Shown here piece by piece: positions 39,825-50,664 of a DNA stretch of 64,000 nucleotides. The stretch spans positions 1,856,001 to 1,920,000 of the forward strand of contig OZ257142.1 of NCBI GenBank assembly GCA_965279035.1. Direction: 5' to 3'. This DNA comes from Bacteroidia bacterium (GTDB taxonomy: Bacteria; Bacteroidota; Bacteroidia; M30B66). Positions within the stretch are counted from its first letter, which is position 1. Each line of letters opens with the position of its first letter. Position numbers and translations under genes: made by a program. The notes under the pieces were generated by a model. The model ran no database searches. It saw nothing but the letters and a program-made list of their open reading frames with translations, and was not told the DNA's origin.

Positions 39825-41756
39825 TTAGTCGAAAAACACCCAGTTGAAACCGATTTTTAATAAGCGGTCGGGGAGAGGATAATACGGTATAACATTGGCT
39901 TGCATGCCAGCAATTCCGGCATTCACATGTTCCATCATGGCAAATATTCTTGCCCTGCGGATTTTAACACTCACATAAAAATTCGCTTGAATGAGTCCTT
40001 TATTTAGTTTATCATATTGAAGATAAAATAATCCACTTTGAGGCTGATATGCATTCGCTCTGAACAAAGAGCATCCGATTACATCTATTCCTATTCTCCA
40101 TGGAGTTGATTTGCCAATTCGTCCTTCTCTAAAAACACTTTCTTGATATTGGAATTCAGGCAATCGAATCACATTAGTTCCTGAAACTTTTTGATATAAA
40201 ATGCGGCTATATAAGTGCCACTTACGAAGATGAATTTGATTTTCTACTTGAGCAGAAAGCACATTGATTGCAGATGAGAATTGCGCTGGAGCTGCATTTT
40301 GACTCATGTACACCCAGTTTCCAATAAGCTGGTTGCTAACTTTTATTTCGGTATGAAGTTTTGGCAGTTGGATGGTACCATACACTTTGAGCAGATTGAT
40401 TTTCTTAAATGAATTGCTCCAAGTTCCAAAATTCGAAATGAATCGTTGAAGCTGGTAAACAGGTTCTTGACGATAACTTTCAATTCCAGCTTGAATAACA
40501 AAGGTTGATTTCGGTTTCAATAAAATGTTCCCAGCTAGTTGAAGATCACCACTGTTATATCCAGAATAGAAAAGTTCTGTTTCAGCATGAATTTTCAATT
40601 GTGGTCGAAACGTATAATCGAGTTTCCCTCCCAAACTTTGATTTAGTACATGCAGGTTATAGGACTGACCTTGAATGGAATCATTCATCCACACATGTGC
40701 ACTTTGTTGTTTCAAGAAAGCTTTTGCTTCCCAATGCATTTGATGAGCAGTATCCGAAACATTACTCAGTTTAAGTAAAGCAGCTTCACTTTCCCATTGA
40801 CTATTGTAATAATCAAGAAATTTTCTTCCCGAATCTGCAATGCTTGTGTAATAGGTATTTACCGGATTTTCATCATCGTATGAATGCCTGTTGAAATTAT
40901 ATTGAAGCGTATGTTGAATTCTTAGTGAAGCTCCTTTCTTTTCTACTTTATTTGAATCTACATTCGGTCGAAAGAGATCATAGGTTTGTCGCAATAGAAA
41001 ACCATTTCGAAAGACTTTGTTTCGAGCTTTTAACAGATTGATTGGATAAAGCTGTCGGTTATTTACTGTATTCGTTTGGAAAGTAGAATCACCTTCGGCA
41101 GTTATTCCTCCATTTTCGAAAGAAGCTCCTTTGTGATAAACAATGCCTGCAAATGCTTGATATCTTCCTTTTCCTGGACGATACCACGCATGAAATCGCA
41201 AAGCAGAATGAGCTGCTGTTTGTCTCAGATACGTTCCCGCTGAATTTACCCGTTGAAAATCAAGTCCGAAATTGAGGGCTTTTCCAACATTTTGTGTGTG
41301 TCGAATTTTGAAAAATGCTTCCTGCTTTCCTCCTTGCGTATAAGATGCTTCGGTATAAGGCGATTGTGCATCATAAAAACGCATGTCTTTCAAATCGAAA
41401 ACATAAGGCAGAAAAGTTCCAAATCCCCAATTAAATCCTCCATTAAAACGAGGCTGAAAATTCAAATCCTGAATGGCAGTTCCATTATTTCCAAGGGTTG
41501 AATTGATGAATTGGTTTCGATAAACTGGCAAGTAAAACTGGAAACGATCGAGTGAATACGTAATCCGTTGCAACCTGTTTTGTCCCGACTCAGAAATCTC
41601 CAGGCCGCCCATTTCTACACGTGAAGTATCTCGACTAACGCCCGAAGAATCAAAACCCGATTTCATTGATCCATTGCCGGTATTGTTAGTCCCGAATTGA
41701 GCATGGACACACACAGTGCTAAAAAGAAAAATGAAGATGGTCAGCCGTTGAATCAT
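39825..41756 (-). CDS. Putative porin (Bacteroidota Porin_10-like beta-barrel)
   Basis: Start MIQRL after -7 TACTTTTG (41762-69); LGNNG, PYTE, HTQN, ENGGI motifs; C-terminal GFNWVFFD. Confidence 0.8.
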   Translation of the reverse strand: MIQRLTIFIFLFSTVCVHAQFGTNNTGNGSMKSGFDSSGVSRDTSRVEMGGLEISESGQNRLQRITYSLDRFQFYLPVYRNQFINSTLGNNGTAIQDLNFQPRFNGGFNWGFGTFLPYVFDLKDMRFYDAQSPYTEASYTQGGKQEAFFKIRHTQNVGKALNFGLDFQRVNSAGTYLRQTAAHSALRFHAWYRPGKGRYQAFAGIVYHKGASFENGGITAEGDSTFQTNTVNNRQLYPINLLKARNKVFRNGFLLRQTYDLFRPNVDSNKVEKKGASLRIQHTLQYNFNRHSYDDENPVNTYYTSIADSGRKFLDYYNSQWESEAALLKLSNVSDTAHQMHWEAKAFLKQQSAHVWMNDSIQGQSYNLHVLNQSLGGKLDYTFRPQLKIHAETELFYSGYNSGDLQLAGNILLKPKSTFVIQAGIESYRQEPVYQLQRFISNFGTWSNSFKKINLLKVYGTIQLPKLHTEIKVSNQLIGNWVYMSQNAAPAQFSSAINVLSAQVENQIHLRKWHLYSRILYQKVSGTNVIRLPEFQYQESVFREGRIGKSTPWRIGIDVIGCSLFRANAYQPQSGLFYLQYDKLNKGLIQANFYVSVKIRRARIFAMMEHVNAGIAGMQANVIPYYPLPDRLLKIGFNWVFFD

Positions 41757-41835
41757 CGCCGCAAAAGTAGCAGATTTCCTGAGCTTGTTAGATAGCCTAT
41801 TGAAATTCAAAAGGCTTGATCGATCGTTTAATTTC

Positions 41836-41863
41836 AAAAAAAATCCCGCCGACGGGCAGGATT
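41836..41863 (-). terminator. Intrinsic terminator of the small SD/sORF unit
   Basis: AATCCTGCC-cgtc-GGCGGGATT-TTTTTT on minus strand. Confidence 0.85.
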
Positions 41864-41895
41864 AAAACCGTGTTGGTCTGTCGACCGGTTTTGCA

Positions 41896-41943
41896 TTACA
41901 GACCGGAGCAAAGGATGTGCGCCGAAGTTCTATAATCAGACAT
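41896..41943 (-). CDS. Candidate 15-aa small ORF MSDYRTSAHILCSGL with a perfect extended Shine-Dalgarno
   Basis: Minus strand GAAAGGAGGTGT-GC-ATG; GGAGG 5 nt before ATG; TAA at 41898-41896; terminator ~30 nt downstream. Confidence 0.45.
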   Translation of the reverse strand: MSDYRTSAHILCSGL

Positions 41944-42012
41944 GCACACCTCCTTTCGATTCGTTAGTATAGTAGAATGACAAATTAAATGAAAGATTGT
42001 TTGGTGATGGAT

Positions 42013-42049
42013 AAAAAAAAAGAGGCTGCTCTTGTGGAGCAACCTCTTT
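42013..42049 (-). terminator. Intrinsic terminator of the 2822-aa gene
   Basis: Minus strand AAAGAGGTTGCTC-cacaa-GAGCAGCCTCTTTTTTTTT. Confidence 0.88.
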
Positions 42050-42066
42050 CAATAAGAAGTGATATG

Positions 42067-45000
42067 TTAGTGAGCAACTACCACACGAATAGTTCTTGTG
42101 GTTTTGTTATCACGAATTACTGCTAGGTATGTTCCTGCTTTCAAGTCGGAAGTGCTGATTGTTTCTACCGAATTTGTAAGCGTTTTTCTAAGAACCACTT
42201 TGCCAGTGATGTCGGTTAATTCTAACACCGCTTGACGTGAATCAGAACGAAGAATTTTTACCAATTCGTTGGCTGGATTCGGGAAGGCGATGAGTTGATT
42301 TCCGTCCGTTACATTAGCAATTCCTGTTACATCATCTGTAATAGCAATTTCGTAGCTCGAAGTAGAAGTACAACCACCATTGCTGATCGAAAGCGTTACG
42401 GTGTAGATACCTGTTTGCATGTAAGCGTGCGATACATTTGCACCAGCTACCAGGCTTGTTTGATCACCGAAATTCCACGTGTATTCAGCACCAGCAATTT
42501 GAACTGTGCTAAATTCTACGATGGCTTTATCAAGGGAGATGCTCGAAGCAGAACTTGTGATACCGGCATTTTCGAAAGCTTCAAATCCTTGAATATCGAT
42601 CAAAGTAGAGTTGAATTCAGTTCCATCATACGATGTTTCCATTGAGTACGATTGTGGAGCCAAGCCAGTGAAGATGTATTCTGCCATCACTGAATCTTTC
42701 GCCATGACTACTTCGCCTGCGGTGTTTTTGATACGAGCTTGCATTGGGTAGTTCTGGTTAGGATTGCTTAGAATCACTTTTCCTGTGTTTTCGTTAGTAC
42801 AAGAACCAGTTGAAGAATAAGCGAATGGAGCCATGAAATGCAGACGGAAACGTGTTCCAACAAATGCAGGATCGTTGGTAAATGAATAGTTCGAAGAAGC
42901 ATTCATGTTGTGGAATTCACCTGTTTTACGGTCTTCCAAGAACACACGAACTGTTGGATCGAAGTTATCAAATAGGTTGAGGTCGAACGAATAGGTTCCG
43001 GCAGTAGCCATCACCACACCTAAATCAATTACACGAGCAGTGTTAAGAACTGGTAAATACTGAGTAGTAAATTGATCATCACCAAGCATAGTGTATAATT
43101 CAAGTACTTCACTTGAAGGCATTCTTGGAGAATCGAATCCGAAATCAACGCCATCTGTTCCTGTTTCACCAAAACCAACAACGGCATCAAAACTAATTTG
43201 ATTTGGATTGGTTAAACGTAAACGTAGGATTGAATATGGACTATCGTTATCGAGGAACTGAGTTGAGTTACCCGGATAATTTGGAACACGTTGATTGGAG
43301 TTGAAACTAATAGATCCAGCACCGCTTACTTGAGCTAAGAAACCTTGACCAGCACCAATTTCTGCTGAGTTAAATCCTGCAACGATATTACCACTAAGAA
43401 CTCCTAATCCTGACATAACAACATACGAGCTGGAGTTATATGGAATATTTCCTGAGAATGACCATAAGTAAACAGAACCAAGGTTCGCGTTTGTAGCTTT
43501 TAATGAACTGTATGATAATGCAGATGGATAAGGATTTCCAAGCAAGTTAAAGGTGTTTGAACCATTCACTGTAACAGGAATATTTACTGTTCCTTCATTC
43601 GAAGTACCAACAAATTTTACGTTTCCGTTACCTGCATACGTTTGAATATATCCTCTTCCTGGAGTCATTACAGTAGGACTAGTGATTGCAGAACCCCAAG
43701 CTAATTGTGGATTTGTTCCGCTACCAGCAATTTGATTATCATACTGATACACGTTATTTCCGTAATTAGAAGCTAAAACAGAAGTTGTTGCAGCTGTAAC
43801 AGGAGAGCTCCAGTAATTGTATCCACCGTAAAGAGATCCACTACGATTGTAGTTGATATTTCCAGTAACAGTACCACTGTAGTTTTTAGTTAAATCGGCT
43901 GTTGCAACACCGCCGCTAAGTAGTACGGAGTTGTTTTCGAAACTCATATTACCATTACTAGCTACCGATACACCAGCTCTAACAGCTACAACACCGTAGA
44001 AACGAGTGAGTGACAAAACAGCACCAGTATTCAAACCACCTTCGTTAAAGCGAAGTGTACCAGTTCCTAAGAATCGTGGAGCAGTAGTTTGCAAATACGC
44101 ATAGAAACCAGAACGATTGATATAGCTTTTGTATGTAGCACTTGCAGTCAATCTCAATTCAGCACCAGCGTTAATGGTAATGCTTGGAATGTTGTTATTT
44201 CCAATAGAATTGATGAATTCAACTCCGTGAACGTTTTGAGTTCCATTAATCACTGGGTAAACATTGCTAACCAAGGTTGGAATAATAACAGTTGAATTAA
44301 CTGATGGAGTTGTTAATGCCGAAACATCACCGCCTGACCAGTTTGCCGCATTTGTAAAGTTATTATCTGCCGCACCTGTCCAATAAAGACCGTTCGTAAC
44401 AGCCATTTTGATAAACTGAGCAGGAGCTGCATTTCCAGCAGTAGTTCTTGCCAAACGGATATATACAGTAGAACCTGGAGTTAAGCCAGTTGCAGCAGCG
44501 TAAGCCATGTTAGCAGCAGCACCGCCAGAGTTACAAGCAACTTGAGAAAGTCCTGTTGAACATGTAGTAGCAGTGAAAATTTGAACCAATGCACTCGTGA
44601 TGTTTAACGATACAGTTGGATCATTATGTTCTTGAGTAATGACGTGAACCTCACCATTGGCAGGAACTACAGCACGGAACCAAATATCTTTATTAATTCC
44701 AACACAAGCAGCACCTGGACTAGCCGTAGCACCTGTTAAAGAACGAAGAATGTAGTTTGGAGTGCTTGTTACATTAATTAAACCTGCAGGAAGATTTGCC
44801 AAACAGATATCATTCGTAATGGCCGGGTCAACGGTAACTAAAATTGCAGTTGGACTTGTATTACAAGCAATTAAGGTATTGGTTGCTGTTACATTGTATG
44901 TCACCGTAGAGAATGGTGCTGCATACACTGTTAAGATTGGAGTTCCTAAAACATATGGAATTGTAAGAGCAGCATCTGTATATAAATCTGATGCAGGACT

Positions 45001-48000
45001 CCAAGTATAATTTGTATTAGCAAGTGGAGCAGTAACTTCCAACATTCTTGATGGATTTGAAGCATCAATGGTAGTTGAAGTAACATTCGTTACTGGTAAA
45101 GCGGCAGAGGCTGCTACCAAGTTATTGAATGAATTTACAGCTGTTGCTGATACAGCATTTAATGCAGTATTTACGGAAGTACTTAAAGAAATCCAAGGTG
45201 AGCTACCATTGTATAAAGCAAGACCAGCTTCAGGTAAGCTGTTCAATTCGCTAGTCAAGTAGTAATAATTGACAGTTGCATTCAATCCAGTATTAACTGT
45301 TGGAGTAATTGTGAACTTACGTAAAACACTCGAAGAAGAACATCCGATGTCTTGGCTATTTCCAGTATTACGGAGAACAACTGTAGAACCTGGTTGAGCA
45401 CCAGCAGCAGTAATTTCAAGACCCATTCCACCAAATTGTTGAAGGGCATTTGTTAGAACACGTGTTGTTTCAACGTTTCCAAGAACATTGTTGGCATCAG
45501 TTTCTGAAATTGTTGCTGTTGCACTCAAGATGACTTTGTTTGCACCTGTTGTAATTCCACCTAATGAACAATCTAAATTTCCTGTACCAGAAATCTTCAT
45601 ATTACCCGAAGTCAACGTAACACCATTGGAATTGCTGATTGTTACATTGTTGAATGATTCACCTGCAGCGTATGAAGTACTGAATGATTGTGCTCCAGAT
45701 GTTCCATTGAATTCGAAGGTCGAAGTTCCGGAAGCAATCATATCAATTGTGCGCGAATCTGTAAAGTCGCCAGCTATTTTGATTGTATTGCCATTCGGAG
45801 TGAATTTTCCAGTAGAAGTCCCAGCAATTGTAAAGTCACCTTTGATGATTACATTGGCACTTCCACTTGAAGGTTGAACCTGAGTTACAGTTGTTCCACT
45901 AGTTTGAATGCTTAGGTTATTGATAGACGCTTTGATAACAGAAGCTGATCCACCTGAACCATCCTGACGAATATTCGCTGTACCAGTAGCTCCATTTAAA
46001 ATGATAGAACCAGTAAAAGAATAGCTCGCAGTATTTCCAGCACACTCTAAATCTCCACCTATAGTGATTGTGTTTGCATTATCGGCAAATGAAGATGCTC
46101 CAGCATTGGTGTTCAATTTAATATCATCGCTCAATACCAAGTTTGTTGTTGCAGCTAATGATAATGAACCCGTTTTTAAATCGCTACCAGAAGAAATTAA
46201 TGTACCGCTAGTATTGGCAACGTTCATCAACAAACGTCCTGCATTGATTGCATTTCCATTTCCAACCAATTGCTGTGTATTAGAGCCATATGCTTGAAGA
46301 TTCACATACGTATTGTAATTGGTAGAGTAGGTAATGGTTCCGTTTACAGTGATGTCTTTTTTGAAGAATACAACACTGAAAGTTGTAGAAGCATTTACAC
46401 TTGCATTGGTAAATGTGTAATCACCTTCAACGCGATATCCACCAATAATACGTTTAACACCAGCACCAGTAAAGGTTAAGTTACCGTATTGATTGTTTGT
46501 AGATGTTGGAACGGCGATGTCTTGATTGGATAATGAACCGTATACAACCGTAGTGTTTGGCTCAATACCATTCAATGTTGGAACAGTGGCATTGTTTAAG
46601 TTCAATGTTGCTGTACCTTCCAAGCTATCAACTACTCCAACAAAAGAGAATGCATCAGGAATAGTTACAGTACAATTAGTACGGATTAACACTTTTGAAT
46701 TTGATCCTGAAACAGTCCAGTTTGCACCAAGAGTTGCTGTAGTTAAACGGTGTTGAACGATGAACGTTTGGTTTGATGCAGTGAAAGAAGTTGGGTTTGC
46801 ACCAGTTCCATCATTATTAGTCCACCATGAACCTAATTGGTCTAAGTTTCCAGTTGAATCAGAATAAAAAATAGATGGTGTGAAGTTGATTGGAGTAAAA
46901 GTAACATCATCAACTCCTAAACCATCACGAGTTCCAAATGTACCAGTATTATTATGTGTCCAACGAACCCAAGTAGAAGCTCCATTCGCAACAGATGCAG
47001 GTAAAAATACTGTATCCATAATAGCTTGACGATAAGCACCAGCATTTCCATTACGAGGATTATCTGTGGATGTTGTTCCGTAATCAGGTGAGTAAAAATT
47101 TAGAATACTTGAAGATCCCCAAGTTCCAGTTGCTAAGCTTGTTGCTGTAGAACTGTATTCGAATTTCAACTTATCACGTGCAGGAGCACCGCCATTCGAT
47201 GCATTTCCTGTAACACCTCTTCTCCATTGTTCTCCGTTGTAATTCACAATAAGAGCGTTAAAAGTTGTTCCAGTAGAATTTGTGATTTTGAAACCTACTT
47301 TTACATCAGCCAAACCACTAGTAATGGATGAACCTAAGGCACGATCAGATGTTGCTCCAGTTCCAAAACTGTAAGTGTCTCCAGTCGATAAATTACCATC
47401 ACCAGCAGTTAAAATCAAGTTTTGGTTGGTTCCTGTTTCAAGGTAATAAGCACCTGTACTTACTTCGGTACTTGTTCCAGAGACAATTATGTTATTGAAA
47501 TCAGTTGTAGCACTTGGAGTACCAATGACTGTTACAATTACAGCATCATCATTATCAGTGATGGTTACGTTTTGAGTGATTGTAGTTCCAAGATATAAAC
47601 CTGCCGAAGGATTGGAAATGTTGATTGTTGCAGTTTCGGTTCCCTCATTCAAGTTGTCATTTACCACTGTAAATGTGCTTGTTCCAGTTGTTGCTCCAGA
47701 AAGAATTTTAATCTGAATTCCAGCTAAAGTACCATCTCCATCAACCAAGGTATAATCACCTGAAGAAATGGAAGTACCTGTTACCGTTAAATCAACCGTT
47801 TCGTTGCTTGTTAAAGTAGAATTTGAAGTTGCAGTAACTGTTATGGCTGTTGTTCCAACTTCTGTTCCTGCACTTGCACTAACACTTACGTTAACAGTTG
47901 GAAGCAAAGCTCCATTTAAGATTACATATTGAGTGTATCCGGATGTTGTTGTAAGAGTAATGAGTTTGTTATTGTATGAACCAGCAGCAAGATTTGCTTT

Positions 48001-50535
48001 CAAACGAACATACACCGTTGTAAGAGCAACTGAACCTGCTGTTGGATTTAAGTTCAATGAATTGACAAACGTTCCACCTGAAGTTAGGCTAATTTCATAA
48101 TTAGCATCAACATTCAATGCAATTGGATTAACACCTAAGTTAGAACCACTCACTGTGAATGATTGCTCAACCGATGGACCAGTACCAGGACCAGAACCAG
48201 CATAGGTAAATCCATTTAAAATGGTAGATCCAATATTAATTTTTGGAGCGCTTGCTGAAATTGGTGCTAAGGAAATTCCTTTAACTGTGTTTGTTCCAGT
48301 TGCAGTGTATAAAGTAACGTTTGAAGGTGTGTTAACGTTAATAGTTGTATTATAACCGGCTAAGTCAGTTACTTTTATAATACTGTTTGCTGCAGTAGCA
48401 CCACCTCCTGTTGAGAAGAATATTTCAGCTCCAATTCCTAATCGCAAAGCTGTAATTCCAAAACCACCACCAGCTGCTGTATATGATCCATTCGCAGTCC
48501 AAAGACCCGCAACTAATGAATATTTTAATATTCCAGTTGCAGTTACAAAATACATCACATCGTATGTAGTTCCATTCACTCCGGATTGAATCATATAGAA
48601 ATCTATAGGAGTAATACCAGAGGAAGCGAATCCATTTAATGTTGTTGCTGTAATATCTGTTGGAGTAGCAAAACTTACAACTGTATTGGTTGCAGAATTG
48701 GCCATTGAATATACCGTCCCTCCAAAAGCTTTCGCACATCGTTTATTCGCAGCAAAGGTTGGTGTTGTAGCACCTCCATTTGAGAATAATCCTATTTGAT
48801 CAATAATATAATATGCAGAGTTATCAATAGAAGTAGCTCCACGTGTTTGGTTACCTGTTGTACCAGCGTATGTAGCTGGAAGGTTAAATACAAAATTAGA
48901 AGTCAAGGTACCTACACCACGAGGTAAAATAGTATTGATATTACCTGCTGAAGTAGTTGTATTGTGTCCAACAAAACTCAATAATGTACCATCGTTTGTA
49001 GTCGCTAAATAACCCGCCGATGTAGCACTTCCTGTAAAACGTAAAGAATTAGCACCTGAAGTTCCATTGATACTGTATGTATTAATGGCTGATTGAGCAG
49101 CAGTAGTTCTATTAATTTCAACAATAGAAGCAGTTGTATTAGAACTAGTATTATCTGCTATTTGGAATAATGCCAAATTGCTCAATGTGAAATTGATTGC
49201 GGCTGTAACTGTCCCACTTGCAGTAATCGATGAACTTGCTCCACCACCAGCAATACCAATTGTTTGACTAGAATATGTTGCTTGAGCCATTCCTGCTTTC
49301 AAACGCACATAAAAAGGAGTTGAAGCAAGAGTAGCTGATGAATAAGGTATCAAAGCAGTAGCTCCAAAGGTGATATTATCACTTGAAACTTCGAAAGCAG
49401 CTGAGCCTGTTATTGTAATATTGTTAGGCGCACCAGTTAAACTAGCACCAGTTAGATTAAGTGTTTGTGAAGTTGAAGGTCCAGACCCCAATGGATATGT
49501 AAAGCCTGTTAATGAACCAACACTCGGTGTTAAGGTAGGTGATGCAGAAGTAACGGTTCCAGTTGTTGAAACGTTTATTGTTGTTGCTCCACCACCAGCG
49601 AGTGTTACTCCTGTTACTGGTCCATAAGTAGCTGCAGCAAGTCCAGCTTTTAAACGAACATACGTTGTTGTTGATGCTAATGCTCCACCTGAATAAGCAA
49701 CAGTATATGAATTACCACCAGCAGCAGTAATTCCGTCTGAAGAAACTTCGAAATTGGTTGTTCCAGCCACTGTAATGTTTCCAGCTGCAGGACTTAAACT
49801 TGATCCAGTAAATGTATATGACTGCCATGCAGATGGACCAGCTCCTGTATAATTAAGTCCGGTAATAGCAGCAGGTTGAGATATTGTTGGACCTGTTCCA
49901 GTAAGTTTAACATCATCTATACGAATAGCTAATGTTCCAGTTTTTACAAATCGAATTTTTAATCCATTGATTTGAGCACCTGCAGGTAAGGTTAAGGATT
50001 TAGAAAGATACCATCCAACAGTAGCACCTGCAGCTTCATTAAATAAAGCTCCAGAAGTATTGGCAACAACTTGCCATGCAGCACCATCCCAATAATCGAC
50101 AGAAAAAGTTGCATGTGATGCAGCATTTTCTTTACGATAACCAAATTGTAATGTCAAACCAGTATAAATAGAAGCATTGATAGATTCTATCGAAAAACCA
50201 TAAGCACCAGAAGTGGTTGTTTCAAAAATATTTCCTCCACCGGATGCTCCTGTATAACCAGAAGAAACATTTGTTACACGGAGATCTGCTGGATTAGTTT
50301 GAGCTCCGTTAGAATAGGTGAGGTTAGCTCCAGCTCCATTGTTTTGGAAAGTTGCAGGAGCAGTACCGCCAACATAAGCAACAATAGTTGTTGTACCGGC
50401 TGGGGTTCCCATATTCTCCGTGAATATGGTTGTTTGACCGAATCCAAGATTGACTGAAATGATGATCAGCAAGGCTGCCAAAATTCCGCTTGGAAAGTGA
50501 AAAATTCGGGATCGTTTCGTAAGAGTTGATTCCAT
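42067..50535 (-). CDS. Giant (2822 aa) multi-domain T9SS surface protein: three Ig-like YVRLKA repeats, propeller-like domain, Calx-beta-like, beta-helix, PKD, type A CTD
   Basis: Signal peptide ..LGFG/QT; 3x GPS..Q......GxxL...YVRLKA; FTVVNDNLNEGTET; GDTYSFG..SDRALG..GEQWR; YTWNFGD..HAY...GIYTVTL (PKD); AFPNPA CTD. Confidence 0.88.
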   Translation of the reverse strand: MESTLTKRSRIFHFPSGILAALLIIISVNLGFGQTTIFTENMGTPAGTTTIVAYVGGTAPATFQNNGAGANLTYSNGAQTNPADLRVTNVSSGYTGASGGGNIFETTTSGAYGFSIESINASIYTGLTLQFGYRKENAASHATFSVDYWDGAAWQVVANTSGALFNEAAGATVGWYLSKSLTLPAGAQINGLKIRFVKTGTLAIRIDDVKLTGTGPTISQPAAITGLNYTGAGPSAWQSYTFTGSSLSPAAGNITVAGTTNFEVSSDGITAAGGNSYTVAYSGGALASTTTYVRLKAGLAAATYGPVTGVTLAGGGATTINVSTTGTVTSASPTLTPSVGSLTGFTYPLGSGPSTSQTLNLTGASLTGAPNNITITGSAAFEVSSDNITFGATALIPYSSATLASTPFYVRLKAGMAQATYSSQTIGIAGGGASSSITASGTVTAAINFTLSNLALFQIADNTSSNTTASIVEINRTTAAQSAINTYSINGTSGANSLRFTGSATSAGYLATTNDGTLLSFVGHNTTTSAGNINTILPRGVGTLTSNFVFNLPATYAGTTGNQTRGATSIDNSAYYIIDQIGLFSNGGATTPTFAANKRCAKAFGGTVYSMANSATNTVVSFATPTDITATTLNGFASSGITPIDFYMIQSGVNGTTYDVMYFVTATGILKYSLVAGLWTANGSYTAAGGGFGITALRLGIGAEIFFSTGGGATAANSIIKVTDLAGYNTTINVNTPSNVTLYTATGTNTVKGISLAPISASAPKINIGSTILNGFTYAGSGPGTGPSVEQSFTVSGSNLGVNPIALNVDANYEISLTSGGTFVNSLNLNPTAGSVALTTVYVRLKANLAAGSYNNKLITLTTTSGYTQYVILNGALLPTVNVSVSASAGTEVGTTAITVTATSNSTLTSNETVDLTVTGTSISSGDYTLVDGDGTLAGIQIKILSGATTGTSTFTVVNDNLNEGTETATINISNPSAGLYLGTTITQNVTITDNDDAVIVTVIGTPSATTDFNNIIVSGTSTEVSTGAYYLETGTNQNLILTAGDGNLSTGDTYSFGTGATSDRALGSSITSGLADVKVGFKITNSTGTTFNALIVNYNGEQWRRGVTGNASNGGAPARDKLKFEYSSTATSLATGTWGSSSILNFYSPDYGTTSTDNPRNGNAGAYRQAIMDTVFLPASVANGASTWVRWTHNNTGTFGTRDGLGVDDVTFTPINFTPSIFYSDSTGNLDQLGSWWTNNDGTGANPTSFTASNQTFIVQHRLTTATLGANWTVSGSNSKVLIRTNCTVTIPDAFSFVGVVDSLEGTATLNLNNATVPTLNGIEPNTTVVYGSLSNQDIAVPTSTNNQYGNLTFTGAGVKRIIGGYRVEGDYTFTNASVNASTTFSVVFFKKDITVNGTITYSTNYNTYVNLQAYGSNTQQLVGNGNAINAGRLLMNVANTSGTLISSGSDLKTGSLSLAATTNLVLSDDIKLNTNAGASSFADNANTITIGGDLECAGNTASYSFTGSIILNGATGTANIRQDGSGGSASVIKASINNLSIQTSGTTVTQVQPSSGSANVIIKGDFTIAGTSTGKFTPNGNTIKIAGDFTDSRTIDMIASGTSTFEFNGTSGAQSFSTSYAAGESFNNVTISNSNGVTLTSGNMKISGTGNLDCSLGGITTGANKVILSATATISETDANNVLGNVETTRVLTNALQQFGGMGLEITAAGAQPGSTVVLRNTGNSQDIGCSSSSVLRKFTITPTVNTGLNATVNYYYLTSELNSLPEAGLALYNGSSPWISLSTSVNTALNAVSATAVNSFNNLVAASAALPVTNVTSTTIDASNPSRMLEVTAPLANTNYTWSPASDLYTDAALTIPYVLGTPILTVYAAPFSTVTYNVTATNTLIACNTSPTAILVTVDPAITNDICLANLPAGLINVTSTPNYILRSLTGATASPGAACVGINKDIWFRAVVPANGEVHVITQEHNDPTVSLNITSALVQIFTATTCSTGLSQVACNSGGAAANMAYAAATGLTPGSTVYIRLARTTAGNAAPAQFIKMAVTNGLYWTGAADNNFTNAANWSGGDVSALTTPSVNSTVIIPTLVSNVYPVINGTQNVHGVEFINSIGNNNIPSITINAGAELRLTASATYKSYINRSGFYAYLQTTAPRFLGTGTLRFNEGGLNTGAVLSLTRFYGVVAVRAGVSVASNGNMSFENNSVLLSGGVATADLTKNYSGTVTGNINYNRSGSLYGGYNYWSSPVTAATTSVLASNYGNNVYQYDNQIAGSGTNPQLAWGSAITSPTVMTPGRGYIQTYAGNGNVKFVGTSNEGTVNIPVTVNGSNTFNLLGNPYPSALSYSSLKATNANLGSVYLWSFSGNIPYNSSSYVVMSGLGVLSGNIVAGFNSAEIGAGQGFLAQVSGAGSISFNSNQRVPNYPGNSTQFLDNDSPYSILRLRLTNPNQISFDAVVGFGETGTDGVDFGFDSPRMPSSEVLELYTMLGDDQFTTQYLPVLNTARVIDLGVVMATAGTYSFDLNLFDNFDPTVRVFLEDRKTGEFHNMNASSNYSFTNDPAFVGTRFRLHFMAPFAYSSTGSCTNENTGKVILSNPNQNYPMQARIKNTAGEVVMAKDSVMAEYIFTGLAPQSYSMETSYDGTEFNSTLIDIQGFEAFENAGITSSASSISLDKAIVEFSTVQIAGAEYTWNFGDQTSLVAGANVSHAYMQTGIYTVTLSISNGGCTSTSSYEIAITDDVTGIANVTDGNQLIAFPNPANELVKILRSDSRQAVLELTDITGKVVLRKTLTNSVETISTSDLKAGTYLAVIRDNKTTRTIRVVVAH

Positions 50536-50664
50536 TGGATGTTAGTTAGGAGTTGGTTGTTTTACAGATACAAAAAAACAACAACTGAATGAACTTACTA
50601 ACCATCCTTTGTTACTTAATCTTGGTTCAATTTTAAGTTTTCTGCACAAATTCAGCCTTAAAAA

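Noticed and set aside
41944-41957. ACACCTCCTTTC as a 16S rRNA 3' fragment
   Set aside because: No flanking rRNA sequence; better read as a Shine-Dalgarno on the minus strand
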